A stretch of 64,000 bases of DNA from positions 25,234,001 to 25,298,000 of the forward strand of contig JAQFVV010000003.1 in assembly GCA_028023455.1 (NCBI GenBank). The letters are read 5' to 3'. The stretch comes from Epiperipatus broadwayi (taxonomy: Eukaryota > Animalia > Onychophora). Positions 13,165 through 27,000 of this stretch are shown here, one piece after another. The translations under genes and the position numbers were made by a program. The first letter of the stretch is position 1. Each line of letters opens with the position of its first letter. The notes beneath the pieces were generated by a model that saw nothing but the letters and a program-made list of their open reading frames with translations, made no database searches and was not told the DNA's origin.

Positions 13165-16100
13165 CTATTCTATATTTAACTTTATACTTTCTCTCCTACT
13201 CTTCAAACCCTTTTGCACAGAAAGATAAAAAATTTTACTTTTAAAAACGATCGATCAATAACCACGTGTACTTTAGGCTTCTAAACGTTATCTTTTACCT
13301 CAAAATAACTAACTGTTTTTAAATTAAAATTTAAAAAAAAAACTTTAGTAGCAAATTTAAACCAACTAATCTTATGTACAACTTAGTTATAGAAATCCTT
13401 ACATTAACACACATTCAACAAAAAGGTTTTTTTTTTTTTTAAACTGCTATATTTTTAAAATGGCGATCGAAACACTTTTTTTTAATAATAATTTTGATCT
13501 TTCCAAATTAAAAAACTATCTCTCTCAACCACAATTTACTTTCATACCACAATTAAAATATTTAAATTGATGATTTCAGATGGTGCCCGCCACCTGGCCA
13601 GTATAATAGAATGTGCTCTTAAGTGCAAAAATGTTGGGGACCGCTGACTTAGACAATCCAATATAGATAACAATCAAGAATTTCAAACTATTGTCAAGGT
13701 AATCTCCTTTTAGCAATACAGATGGAATCCCACCGCTATTAATGATCTCACATATTTATATAAATATTAAAGACTGCAACTTGACCACAGAGATTGAAAT
13801 TATTGATAGAAAGAAGTTTAAATGAATCTTCTTAAACAGGTAAATATAACCTGTTCTGAATGAAGACTAATAAATAGTCAATTATAACATTACAAATTGT
13901 ATCCAAAGTATTATTTAAATAGTAAGTGTAATAATACTCAAGGCTAAATGAGTTTATAAGTAACCATTAGAAACCAGTCAACGCTTAGACAATCCCAATA
14001 TAGATAACTATCAAGAATTCCAAACTATTGTTAAAGCAACCTTTTAGCAATAAAGGTGGAATCCAAGATCTATTAATGATTTTATATATTTATATAGACA
14101 CTAAAGATTGTAAGTTTAAATAAACCTTCTTAAACAGGTAAATATTTAATCCATAAAAAGGTAAATATTTAATCTAATATATATATTTTAGATTAAATAT
14201 TTTCAGGGATTTATTATGATGCAAACAAAGTATAGTATGATATCATTTCCATATAAATAATTAAAATATGTTTAGCTGTAATGTTGATTAATAGTTCCAA
14301 GTCACTTTAATATTGTATAATAACTTTTTGTCTTAAGTTGAATTAACATAGGATGAAAAGCTGTTATTGGGTATTAGAATAACAATGATTTATTCTTAGG
14401 ACTATCAAGCAACATTATTACTAAACATATTTTTAATTATTTATATGGAAATGACTCATCACTTCATTTTGTTTACATCATATATATATAAACTTCATGC
14501 AATATTAAAATAAACAATCAACAGGTTTATCATTGTAAGATTTTCTTTTGCCTAGACTACTGCACATGTCTTTGATAAATATATATGTAATATTCAAATT
14601 GACATATATTAAATACAACAATATTTATATAATTTAACTTATTCTTTTATAAGTATTTTCGACTATATTCCTTTTAATCTTTATTACTATATAAAGATAT
14701 AACGTTGAATAATCAGAACGAGACATCATTTTATAACTTCCATAATTCCATTCAGTTCTCCCACAATTCTATTATTTTAATTTTTGATGATTGATACATT
14801 GACATTTGATAATTTCTTGAAATTAATATAGCTTCCTTTATTTTATGTTTATTGTGACAACGTTCAATTTGTATGATTTTTATGTTTTTGTAATCAAATT
14901 TAAAACTATATTTACAAGTTTTATTATGATCAAATATAACAGATGATGAAGGTTTATTTTATCTTTTCCTAATGTTTATCTTTTTAAACTCTTTTATATA
15001 AAAGCATATGTTCTTATACATATAACATAATCAGATATACATATATAGGTTTGTGGGAATACATATTCATATTCACACTTTTATTGTGATTATTATGCTT
15101 CTATTACAATTAACTATTGGAAAATTACAGTGAGACTAGGCACATACTATATTTTTTAAAGTATAGTCTTATCAGCTGTGCTAAGGCCTAAATCTCATCC
15201 TTAACAATTACTATATTTTTAAATACACTATATAAAAGATAACTTTTATATTGTTTGTTAGATAAAATAAATGTGAAAAGAATGTGATAAGAATTAAATC
15301 AGAGTTATTTAAAACATAATATTTGTGTGGCCTAGATGAAGGTTTTGATTTTTTTCAAGTGATAAAATAATTTTAATTTAATACTTATTAGATATGATCA
15401 AAACTGAAAATGAAAGAAAGCTATTATACTGTTTTTTCATATAAATGATAAGAAATAATAATGTAACAGTCATATAAATATAGCTGTATATGAATAATAA
15501 TTATGCATAAAAATATTCAGGGGCACATGGTTTTATGACCTTTTCCAATGTGAAGCATCTATTTTAACACTAACCAATTATTGCAGATAGAACACTATCT
15601 AATATTCTATAATGGTAATAAAATAACAATAACAAAATAAACAACAGTAAAAGAGAATCTTTTTTCATATAGAGATTTAATATAACATCATATAATTAAC
15701 TATATAACATAACAATATATAGAATAAATAACACACACTCTGCACAACTTTATATGTACACTATCTTATATAATTTTCTATTAATTTTTAATTGAGCAGT
15801 TGTTAACTAAATTTAGTAAAGTTTTATAAATATTCATACAATTATTTAAGTTATGATTAATATAAAATGTTTCATATATTTGACTCTTTGTTTTTTGATT
15901 TTTAATGTAATTTAAAGGTTTAATATTTTTGCAGCATCTACTTTATGTCATATATTAAGTAGTGAATGTATAAAGCATATTTATCATCTCATCTATTAAT
16001 TGCATTGTTATGTTCTTTGCCTCTTACCTCTAATTGTTTACCTGCATGGCCATAGTAAATCATATTGTAATGATCACAATGAATTTTATATACAATTCTT

Positions 16101-17384
16101 TTTTATTTTTATTTTATATCAACTCTTAATTTATTATTACCTATTAATTTATCCAGACTTTCACTATTTGACTACCCAATATTTATATACTTATCAATAT
16201 AATTTTGTTTGTTATTAATGTATTATAATTTTGGGGATAATACAAAAGTTTTATCTCTTTCTGTTGTTATTATCATCATTATAAATATTTTGCATAGAAA
16301 TGTTATTAGTTAATATAGATTTTTTAGAATTAAAAAGTATATTTTTAATAGTTTTATTTATATTCCATAGTCCTTATATATAATAATTTGATTTTTTTGT
16401 AAATCAGTTATGTTTTTATCTGTACTATATTTATCATTTCTATATTTAAACTTTTTAATGACTGCCATCATTAAAACATTTTATTAAAGAAGTCAAATTA
16501 AGAAAAATTATTCCTATATATTCACAACAAGTATGGGTACAACAGATGACAGTTATTACAAATTTTAAATGTAAAAATGATAAGAATCAAATTATTAAAG
16601 TATATAAGAATTAAGGAATATAAGTCTAAAACTATTAAAAATATACCTTTTAATTCTAAAAAATCTATATTAAATAATAACATTTCTGTGCAAAATGGTT
16701 ATAATAATGATAGTAACAATAATTCAAATGAGAAATAAATCACTTTCATATTATCCCAAAATTTATAATATAGTAATAAAAAACAAAAATTATATTGATA
16801 AGCATATAAATATTGGATAGTCAAATAGTAAAAGTTTAGCTAAATTAATAGGTAATGATAAATTAAGTGATGATATAAAGTGTATAAAAGGAATCATATA
16901 AAATTAACTGTGATCATTCCAATATGATTTACTACAGTCATGCAGGAAAACAAAGATAAGAGCCAAGAAACAGAAAAATGCAATTAGTAGTCAAAATGAT
17001 GTCTCTTCCTATATTCACTACTTAACATATGGTCATCAAATAGATGCTATACAAATTATTAAACCTTTAAATTATATTAAAGATCCAAAAAGATGATAAA
17101 TATATAAAACATTTTATATTAAGCATAACTTAAATAATTGTATGAATATTTATAACATTTTAATAAATTTAATAAAAAATAAATGGAAAATTGTGTAAAG
17201 TAGTATATATAAAGTTGTATAGTGAATGCATTATTTATTCTAAATGTTATGTTATATAGTCATTTCTTTGAAGTTATATTGAATCTCTACATAAAAAATT
17301 TGTATTCTATTTTACTGTTTTATTTCGTTATCTTACTTCCACTATAGAACACTAGATGGTGTTGTATCTGCAATAATTAGTTGT

Positions 17385-20300
17385 TGTTTTTTTCAAAATA
17401 ATCTTTATTTGCACAAAAAGTAAAATATACATTGTAAAATAGAGTTCATGTTTACGATCATGACTGAAACATTAAAGACTAATTAGTTATTAAATTAGAT
17501 GATGATTACAAGATTAAAAGTAAACTTTTTGTTATGTTACTTATCAGGGGTGATCTAATTTGGCATATAAATCCCATGGTGTGTAAAGTTTGAGTGTCAT
17601 GAATAAATAATATACATGGCTATTGCTAAATATTTAATTGACTCCATGTTTGCTCAGCAAGGCTAGGCAGGCATGTTCTTAGATCACTTTCTTTAGCTTT
17701 ATATAATAACTTTAAGAAAATGTCTTCAATAGGACCGGTCAACTCACTATCAAATAATACCTTACATCTAATCTTCCATATGATAAAATTTATGAAAGTG
17801 GCCAGGCAGATGGAGCCAAAATTTTCATTTTTGAATGCATCATTAAGGTAGACATTTGAAGAATTGTATCCTGTAATCCTCTGTAGGGTGATATTACATA
17901 ACCGAGTCCACCATTCACATTGATAGAGTATGTGTGTGTTCAATGGACTCATGAAATCTTCTACAAAGAGTACATATTGTATCAATGTTGTGTCCCCTCT
18001 GATTACAAAGAAACATCCCAGTAGGCAAGGCTCCAAGGTTGACCTTAACCAAAAAATCCACAAACTTTGGTTCCAATTTCAGGAACTTAGTCAGCCTTAT
18101 GAGACGAGGGATTGCAACTGGGAGAAGATTCTCTGTCCTAGATTTACCAGAGTGAACTAATTGATAAGAACTCCAGTATGATATTTTTTCATCAAACATG
18201 GAGCTAGAGCTTTTGATGCTATTAAAGACAATAGTTAATTGTTGTTGCATCCAGACCTTTCTTTTATGAGGGGGTGGGCGATCAGTGGGGATTATTTTTT
18301 CAAAAGGTATGGGACTTTCTATGTTTGCATTGTCTCTGAAAATTTTAACAAGGACATTGTAAGTCCTCTGTATCAGAAAAAATTTAATCGAGTGCAGTCC
18401 TAAACCATTAAGATATCTTGGTTTTTGCAAGATATTAAGACTTATTGCTGGTGTCTTCCCTTCCCAGCACAGCTTTCTGCATAGAGATTCAACCTTGCGG
18501 ATGAAGCAAATTGTTGCTGAAAAACCAGCTAGATAATAAATAATTTTTGGTAAAATCATAGAATTAAGGAGTGCAACCTTTCCAAACAGAGAAAGATAAA
18601 TTTTAGACAGTGAATTAATAGTCTTTTCAATCTTTAAAATTAATGAGATTTTCAATTTCTTTTCTTGTGGCTGCTGGAGAAGAAGCAATACTAAAAACAA
18701 GAAATTTCTGTGGGGAAGCTTTTAGTCTACCAGATATTTGCTTCCCTGTCATGATGGACCACATTGCTGACTTTGCTCCATTAATTGCCAGGCCAAATTC
18801 ACATGCAAACTGGTCTAGGAGTTCCTCAAGTCTAGAGAACTCATCTTGAGATCAAAGAAACACAACCACATCATCCATATAGGAAATATGGCATATGTTC
18901 TCTCTCAAAAAAGGAATATAAATCCCTGGAAGAAAAGACTCAATGCTCAACAGCAATGGGTTCACATAGACTGTGAAGAGTAGTGCACTTAGTGGAGAGC
19001 CCTGAGGGATGGATACACAAGGCTGAAAGCCGGGAACAACTCTTCCATCAAGTGAGAGAAACACTTCTCTGTTAAAAAGAAGGTTCTCAATCATCTGAAG
19101 ATATGCCAGAGGCACTTGGAGTTCCTCCAGTACACCAAGTAGCACATCGATCCTGATGCAATCAAAGGCGCTCCGGCAAAGTCAAGTTGAACTGCAACTG
19201 GTCATGGCATCCTTTTCCTGTGAACATGATCGACTAGGAGTCAAAATTGACTGACAGCATCAGCAGTAGAGCTCCCTTTCTTTGCAAACTGATAGGTTGA
19301 TAATTTTCCAATAATATTTGTTTGTATATCCTCTCTAATAAGGCCTTCAATGGTTTTAATAAGTAATGGCACCATAGAGATAAGCCGAAGATTATAGATT
19401 TTTTTGACCCTCAGGTTTTTTTAACAAGTGGGACCATGCCTATTGGGTAAAGCCCATTAATTTCTTGGCAGCCACTAGCCAAGAAGTCTACCATTTTTTT
19501 AATAATGGGGACTGAAAAGGCACATAAATGAAGTAATAAAAATTTTGGTATTTCATGTAATCCAGGGTGAGTTCTGTCTGGGAATGATGAAATCTTTGAA
19601 AGGATTCTTGCTTCAGTAATTTTGTGTTGATCAGAATGTTCATAAACAAAACATTTCCTGACAAATGAAATGCCAAGTGGTTGGAATTTTTTTGCATAAT
19701 ATTCCCGAATTCTGAGAAGCATGGAATATCCTGTATAGCAGTTGCCTTGTATCTCAATGGACCTAGGTGACTTTGATCTTCTGCTATAGCCAAGGACCCA
19801 TCTCAGGTATCCCCTAGTCCAGCAATGTTGGTGATGAAGATATTGTCTGGCCCTTTTAATTGATAAGTACTTTTGTTTAGCCTTGTATTTTGATTTTAAA
19901 TTTAAAATGTTATGAATATTTTGTGCTTCATATGAAATATTTTTGAGATCACATGCTATGGTGTCCAGCTCATTGAGAAGAATAACTGGACCTTTAGATT
20001 TAGCAGTACAAGAATTTATTAACTTTGTTATTGTCTCAGTAAAAGTCTTCCATGCATCTACCACAGGGAGTGTTAAAATTTTTGTTCTATGGAAATTGAT
20101 ATAAGCTTTAGAGATCAGTTTAATAGTGGCATTAAACTTTGTAAGCATGTGAATAGTCCTTGGCATCTCAATTATAGGTTGTATAATGTTCCTTGGGATT
20201 ATTTTAATCTCCAGAGCATAATGATCAGAGAATGTAATGGGCCACAGATGAGCTTCTATTTGTGATGATAATGAAGGTAAGAAAAAAGGTAAATCAATTA

Positions 20301-20840
20301 GTGAATGTGATGATTTTGTATAAAAAGAGAATGCTTCATCATCAAAGAAGAATTTTCCACTGCACAGAGACTGATTTATGTAACCAATATATTTTTTTTG
20401 AAAAACTTGATATGTATGATTAAAATCTCCAATAATAATCGTTTCAAAAGGGCTAGTTCTCAGTGTTGAATTAATTGCATTAATCACTCTTGTAACAGTA
20501 TCTTGAGATTTAGGAAGATATACATTTACCAGATTAAAGTACCAGCTTTGATATTGTATGATCGCAATGAAGCAATTTGAGTCAATGAATAGTATTTTGA
20601 ACAATGTGATTTGTGAATTCTTGCTGATTATGATCGCCACCCCTCCAGAAGCTGAATAAGAGAAGTAGTGAAAATATCCAAAACTATGTATCATATCAAT
20701 TATGCATGATTCCGAATGCAAATGTAATTTAGTTTCACCAAGACATAAAATATCAGGTTTATGAGAATGAAACCAATGTGACAATGTTAACATTAAAAGA
20801 GATTCTTAACATTTAAAAAGAGTATGAAACCATCAACCAA
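17385..20840 (-). mobile_element. L1/Tx1-clade LINE, ORF2 only (5'-truncated, decayed)
   Basis: APE (KPDILCLGETK, GDFNH, FSDHYAL) in 19411-20793; RT (QLDFAGA.FD, PQGSPLSALLF, YMDDVV) at about 18850-19200; C-terminal CTLCRRFHESIEH; AATAAA and an A-rich end near 17385-17410. Confidence 0.9.
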
Positions 20841-23800
20841 AAAAGGCATTTTATATTTAATTATAACTAATATATATTTATTTATATAGCAGTTGCATAT
20901 CATTTTTATTATTTATTATAAATATTAGATATTTTAATTTCATCACTAATTGATAATTTTGATGTTAATATTATATGGTGTTTTTATACTTCTGCATATT
21001 GATGTATTTTTCAAACATATATCAAAGAAGTGGACTTGCAATGGTTTTTTATTCAATGCACACATGTTCCGAGCATTCATGATTAATGTGTGCACAATTA
21101 GTAAGCAGTTGGTTTTTTCTAGTTATAGTTCATCTCTAAGGGTATGCCCTTACAATAATTTAATATATATAGTTTTTATTATTTTGGATATGGCCTTTGC
21201 ATATTTTTTTAATGTGGTCCTTGGATTACTTAAGGCAGGTCAGCTCTGAATAAACATATTCTTACTTTAACAATCACCAATAACTGAAATATATGTACTG
21301 AGATGGATAGTGATCTATTTAAATCTTTAATTTAATTTAAAAATATAGTCATGAGAAAAATATAAATTCAAGTTTCACAAATTGGACTGTTTTTTTTTTT
21401 TTTTTTTTACATAGGTTTGTATTATATAAGCATACACACATCAATAAATGTCTATGATTAAAATCAAATTAAGTCAATTTTACTTTAGTTTTAAAAAGAT
21501 GAAGAAACTGATTTATTTTAGTTAATTATATTTCAAATCAATTTGTTTTAAAAGTTATATTATCACAACAAAGTTTAATTAAATAATTCATAATATTTTG
21601 GCCCAATTAGCTTGTATTGTTATTAATTAAAATTCATAGAATATCAATTCTTTTTAGGCTTTGTTCCTGATTTTGAAAATGTTAAATTTCAATTAAGTAT
21701 ATTTTAGGGATTAAGACAACTAGGTATAATCTATAAATATAGGGATTTGTTTAACTAAAGAATTGTATAACCATGTGAGCTCATTTAATTATAGAATTTT
21801 GTAAACATGAAGAATTAAAATAATTACTGGCTTATTTAAAGAGTTTTGTAAACAAGAAAAATTAAAGTAATTGCTGGCTAGTGTAATTCAATTTTTTTTT
21901 TAAAGATATGGGCTTGATAATTAAAGAAAAAAGTATTTTGCAAAGTTGGCAATATAAAAAGGCCAGCTTAGAAAATAATTGAGTTTTTTTGGTTTTTGCT
22001 TTTTCCTGTGTAACATAATCTGTAACAAATCTCCACTAGTAGCTGAATTAATAAAGATCGGTATTAATAAGTATGTTGGTATTAATAAGTATGTGCAGCT
22101 AGATGCCTTAAGATGAACTTCATTTCAGCATGAAGCCCATAACCATTAGGATGTCAAATTTTGCTTGCTGAATTAAGCAGAATTTGATTCAACACTGCGA
22201 AAACTATCTTCATATATGCATTAAACATGCACACTTCTTAACAATAAAGAAAAAATATCATGATAATTCTATCTGAAAACATAATTTGATTATGACCAAG
22301 ATTAGAAATCAGTAAATGGAAAGACTTCACCAGTAAATCACTACAGCTCTATTTTTGAAAAATACATATATATATATAATTCCACTTTAAAGAAAAATAA
22401 AATCTACTTAGCCATATTATGACTAAAAGATAACCTTTTTATTTTATGAACTATTTTATAAACTTTTAAACTTTCATTACCAACAAACCAGTTTTATATT
22501 GATAATTTAATTTATGTGATTTTATGTATTGATGTATTTTCTTTTAGACATCATAAAACTTGATTTTATATTTGATAGCATGATATTAATTGAATATTTA
22601 AGTATTTCTATTTTAAAGATAATTTTTTAATCTGATTGGCTGTCAAATAAGCATTTTTAAGGCACTTCTGTCAAAGGTTTTAGACTTGTACATTATTAAT
22701 TTAAATTTAGTTGATAAAATATTTTTCTAAATATTCAAAAGATAAAAGACATTCATTTTATTTCTTAAAATGTTTGTTTCTTTTTCTTTTAAAGAAAAAG
22801 TTTTATTAAAAATCACTTCCACGATTGTTAATAATCAAAAGTATTTTAAAATAATCAACATTTAGTACTAGATCCATCTTTCTCCTAAATATATATATAT
22901 ATAAGATTTTTTTTTTTTTTAATATTTTAAATTTAGTATAATACAAATTTAATATCTCCCTGAAAATATTCAAATATTATTAATGTAAGCAATGCATGTA
23001 TATATAAATCATTTAAATAATTGATTTTATTGTTCTTAAATTTTTAGTCTATTTGCCTGTTTACTTTGTTTGATTCACACAGTGCTTGAAGTTAAAGATT
23101 GATATATATATGCATCTGGGCATTTTCATATAGTGATCCGTAGATATTTTATCCACCATACTAGAAAGTAGTCTATGTTTACTTGCCTCTCCTTGATATA
23201 TACTATTCCTTCTTGAGATACTCACAGAAGATTTTGATTTGCTTCATGTAGAGACATTTCTCACCATGTATTTTGGTGGATTAAGAGACCTACTTATTGT
23301 CATTTTGTTATTAAAATGATTTGTGATTAGATGCAAAGTGTACAGGTATAATTTCAAAATGGTCTGTATGGTGTGGACATTTATAGTGAATTTAAGCTGC
23401 TTTGTTATAAATTTTTTTAATGCAAAAAGGAAATATATATGTGTGCACATATTAACTTAGAACACATATCTAATAGAATTATGTAAATAACAGAGTATTT
23501 AATGGTCTTCTGAAATGATACAGTATAATAATTTGAGGTTTGTCAATAGTAATATTTAAAGCTGCCAGATATGAAATGCATTATATGCTAACATGAAAAG
23601 GGAATTACAATTGAATTACATTTGTATTTGAACTGTATTGAATTGTTAATAAACTTTGTTTTGTTTATTGTTAGATTTGTTAGCATTTGTTTCTGTTGGC
23701 TGCTCTGCCCACTGATATTTACAAAGAATTTCTACTCTCCATGAACCAAAGGCAATTTTAAAGGCCCATGAGTGATAATACAGCTGTGTATGCATTTATA

Positions 23801-23966
23801 CTTAGTATTCTCTTCAGTAAACTCTCTTATTCTAAGCAATAGGTCTAGTAGTGCCTCTGGTCTTAGATATCAGCATGCCTATTATCCACTACAACATATA
23901 AATAATTTTAATACTTATAGGCATTTACTTTATTAAGTATCATTAATGTAACAAATAAATTGTAGT

Positions 23967-23970
<4 letters not shown>

Positions 23971-24010
<40 letters not shown>
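23971..24010. repeat. (TA)20 microsatellite
   Basis: Directly visible perfect dinucleotide run. Confidence 0.95.
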
Positions 24011-24014
<4 letters not shown>

Positions 24015-27000
24015 TCAGTCTGTCAGTTTATTTTGACTCTTGGCCTAGGCAGTTGTTCTAGATTAAGTACTTTCTAATTATGTTGATTTAAATGGATAAC
24101 TTCACAATTCAAGATTTCCATCTAAACATTCATTAAAAATATTGTATTATATATATCACAATAGCAGCCACAAGCCCATCTAATTCAGGAATCTTGTCTG
24201 TTAACAAAGCAACTTCTCTATGTCACTAAGACTATTAGCTAGTTGGTATGTATGAATTTGTTAAAGATAAGATGTTTAAAATATTAAAGAAGGGTTGATC
24301 ATATTTTTTAAAATATATGTTATTTGCTACATTCTATTAAATCCAGTAATGACTCTTCATGATTTTACTCTACTTATAAAAGTTTTTAATCTGTGCCTTT
24401 TTTGTAAAACTATATTTTCTTACCATAAATCAAGAAATAATCATGGCCAACAAACATTCTATTTATAATTATGTACACATAAATTTTCCGTCATATATTT
24501 TCAGATCTCAGCCAGTAATCCACTGTCCACTATCATAAAAACTAGATTCTATCTCACAAAAGCACGGGCAGTTTGAGAGACCCAGCCAACAGCAGCATTG
24601 CTGCTGCTATAGCTCTAGAAATTAACAAAATCCCATAAGTTATCTCACCAGGATGCAAATAAGTTACATGCCAAACTGAGGATGTTTTAAGAGTGATATA
24701 TATATGGCAAATGTTCTATAGAGATAACTAATTTGTTTATACAGTCTGCCAATAATATTGGCATTACATTAGAAAGAATTAAATGTAAAAATATTAATCA
24801 TTTAATTATAAGTAATTGGAATGTAAATAACTGGACCTCCCACTGAGCAATGTGAATATCAATCAAACATGAAAAGATATTTGACTGATGTTTACATAGC
24901 TCAATGGGAGATCCAGTTATTTCCAGTCCAATTACATTAGAAGAATTTGTCATTTGATCCAGCATTATCTGATCTGACAATAACTTCTTTTCAAAGTCAA
25001 AGGTTATTCTTCAGGAATTTACTACATTGTGAATAATGATGCCTTATCAGAAAAATAATTAAATGGTTTCTTGCTCAAAAGTTATGATAGAATGTCAAGA
25101 AACAGAAATAACAAAGCTGGATTACAATTCATGGACCTTGAATTTTACAGTCTCTCATTCTACCACTGCATAAAACCATGCATGGAAAATGATGAATTAC
25201 TAGTATATTTTTAATAGTAATCTACAATACACTTGAAATATGAATGCAACATCCAACCTAATACTATAAAGAAATAACAAATTATTGTTATTCTCAATCT
25301 ACTTTGCATAGCAAATGCGTATATATACATAAAGATCAGTTGTAATTTTTTTAAAAAAAATTAATCGGCTACAGATTAAAAAGACGAATAAATTAATATT
25401 CCATGACGATCAAATGCGAATTGGTTACATAAATTACAATCTTACATTCTGGCTCAGTTTTACAAAACAGATGTACAACATTTACTAACAAACCAACATA
25501 TACTAAATCATTTTATACTATATATATATTATTTTCATTTAAGTAGATGTGAGTAAATAATATGTACTCGCGTAAACAAATGGGATAGAATTTTTAGACC
25601 TATTTTCACATTTTAATAAAACTTGGCTGACATCTAGTGAGAAACTTTTTAATTTTATTCGTAATTCATATACGTTATATTCATTAATTTTAAACTTTAA
25701 ATTTAACATACATAAATTCTTTTTTTAATATAAACTATAGCACTTTCAAAAAAAATAATGCAGATTTAAGTTCAAATGGATATATATATATTTTCAAAAA
25801 TTTATAACTTTTTGAATAAACAAATAACTACAATATAAGATTCATCAAAAGTTTTGATAGTTCTAAAATTGAGATAGTAAAATAAGTTACATTAAGAGAT
25901 TGGAAAACGATCAAGTAGTATTGCTTGATCATAGAACCATGTTGCAAATAGGTAAATATACATTGAAATGCTAGAAAAAATTATTAAGAGGGTGGAAAAG
26001 AATTTTAAAAAATGAAACTAGCTTTTTTATTTAGCTATTCTACTCTGCACTGAGAATTTTATGTATATATAATTCATCATATTATCAAAACTTTTCATTT
26101 ATATCATTTTGATCAAGAAATAATAATTAAAATTGTAAGTAGTAGATATATTGGCAGATTTTACTTAAAGAGATATTCATTAAGTTTTTTGGAATAGTGA
26201 TAGAAAGATTAAGATATCACAGTGACATATAATTTTGTTATTCTTTTAATTGCTATAAATCTGAAGGGGAAAATATAATGTGCTGTATGATTTATTAAAA
26301 CAAATCTAAGTATTTATATATAACACTTCAATTCTTAGTATCGATATACAGAAGCAAACAATCATAATTTGAGGTGAAATAATTGTTACATGTTCTGTGT
26401 CAAGAATTGAAATATTATTTGTATATTTTTATGAGACTAATAGTATTTACATTGAATGTAAGTCCATTTTTTGTCTAACATATAAAAATTTGGAATTAGA
26501 TTCAAATAAATATCGTGATGATTAGTATTAAATTTTTCAGATATGCTGCTTTGAAAGTTTAACTTTAGAAAAAAAAAACAATCATATATTTAAAAAACTT
26601 TTAAACAAGTGAATAGCTTCAGAATCATACATTTTTATTAAGAGATCCTTTTAAGGGAAAAGAAAAATTGAAGAATCTTTTTTAATAAAGATTTTAAATT
26701 CTGAAAGTAAATGTTTTTAATTAGAATGGGAGTTGAAATTATGGTAAGATAGGAAAGTATATATTTGTTTTATGTTTGTATTATTTTGCATTGGAGAAAT
26801 TTGCCTTGGCAATGAAGTCAATCATTGATAATGGAATTGTCGTTTAATTTTGCTAATGATTAAATTGTGTAGTGTACTTAGTTTATTATATAAACTTAGT
26901 TTAGCTTCTGACATTTTATATTTTATGGATACCTTTCTATACAAAAAAATTATATATAATTTGATTTTTCTACTTTATTTTAATTTTAAATACATGTGCA

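Larger units (their letters stand above)
8481..13532 (-). mobile_element. Near-full-length non-LTR retrotransposon, RTEX/CR1-like (ORF1 PHD + SGNH esterase; ORF2 APE-RT-CCHC)
   Basis: Contiguous ORFs 13164-12685, 12644-12129, 12090-9823, 9869-9510 and 9523-8597; (CACAT)n 3' tail at about 8481-8502; candidate short TSD AATTTAC at 8474-8480 and 13533-13539 (weak). Confidence 0.9.
8244..13646. mobile_element. Non-autonomous hAT (Charlie/Buster-type) MITE split by a LINE insertion
   Basis: Termini TAGGGATCCCCAA and TTGGGGACCGCTG (reverse complement CAGCGGTCCCCAA). Exact 8-bp TSD ACTTAGAC at 8236-8243 and 13647-13654, with the central TA typical of Buster-type elements. Confidence 0.85.
8205..14150 (+). 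repeat. About 336-bp tandem duplication whose first unit is interrupted by the MITE+LINE insertion
   Basis: TAACCATTAGAAACC...CTTAGACAATCC(C)AATATAGATAAC.ATCAAGAATT.CAAACTATTGT occurs at 8214/13647 onward and again intact from 13961. Confidence 0.8.

Noticed and set aside
23150-25150. GC-raised patches with peptide-like translations (possible LTR-element or gene remnants)
   Set aside because: No diagnostic gag, protease, RT or integrase motif could be confirmed, and the frames are interrupted by stops.
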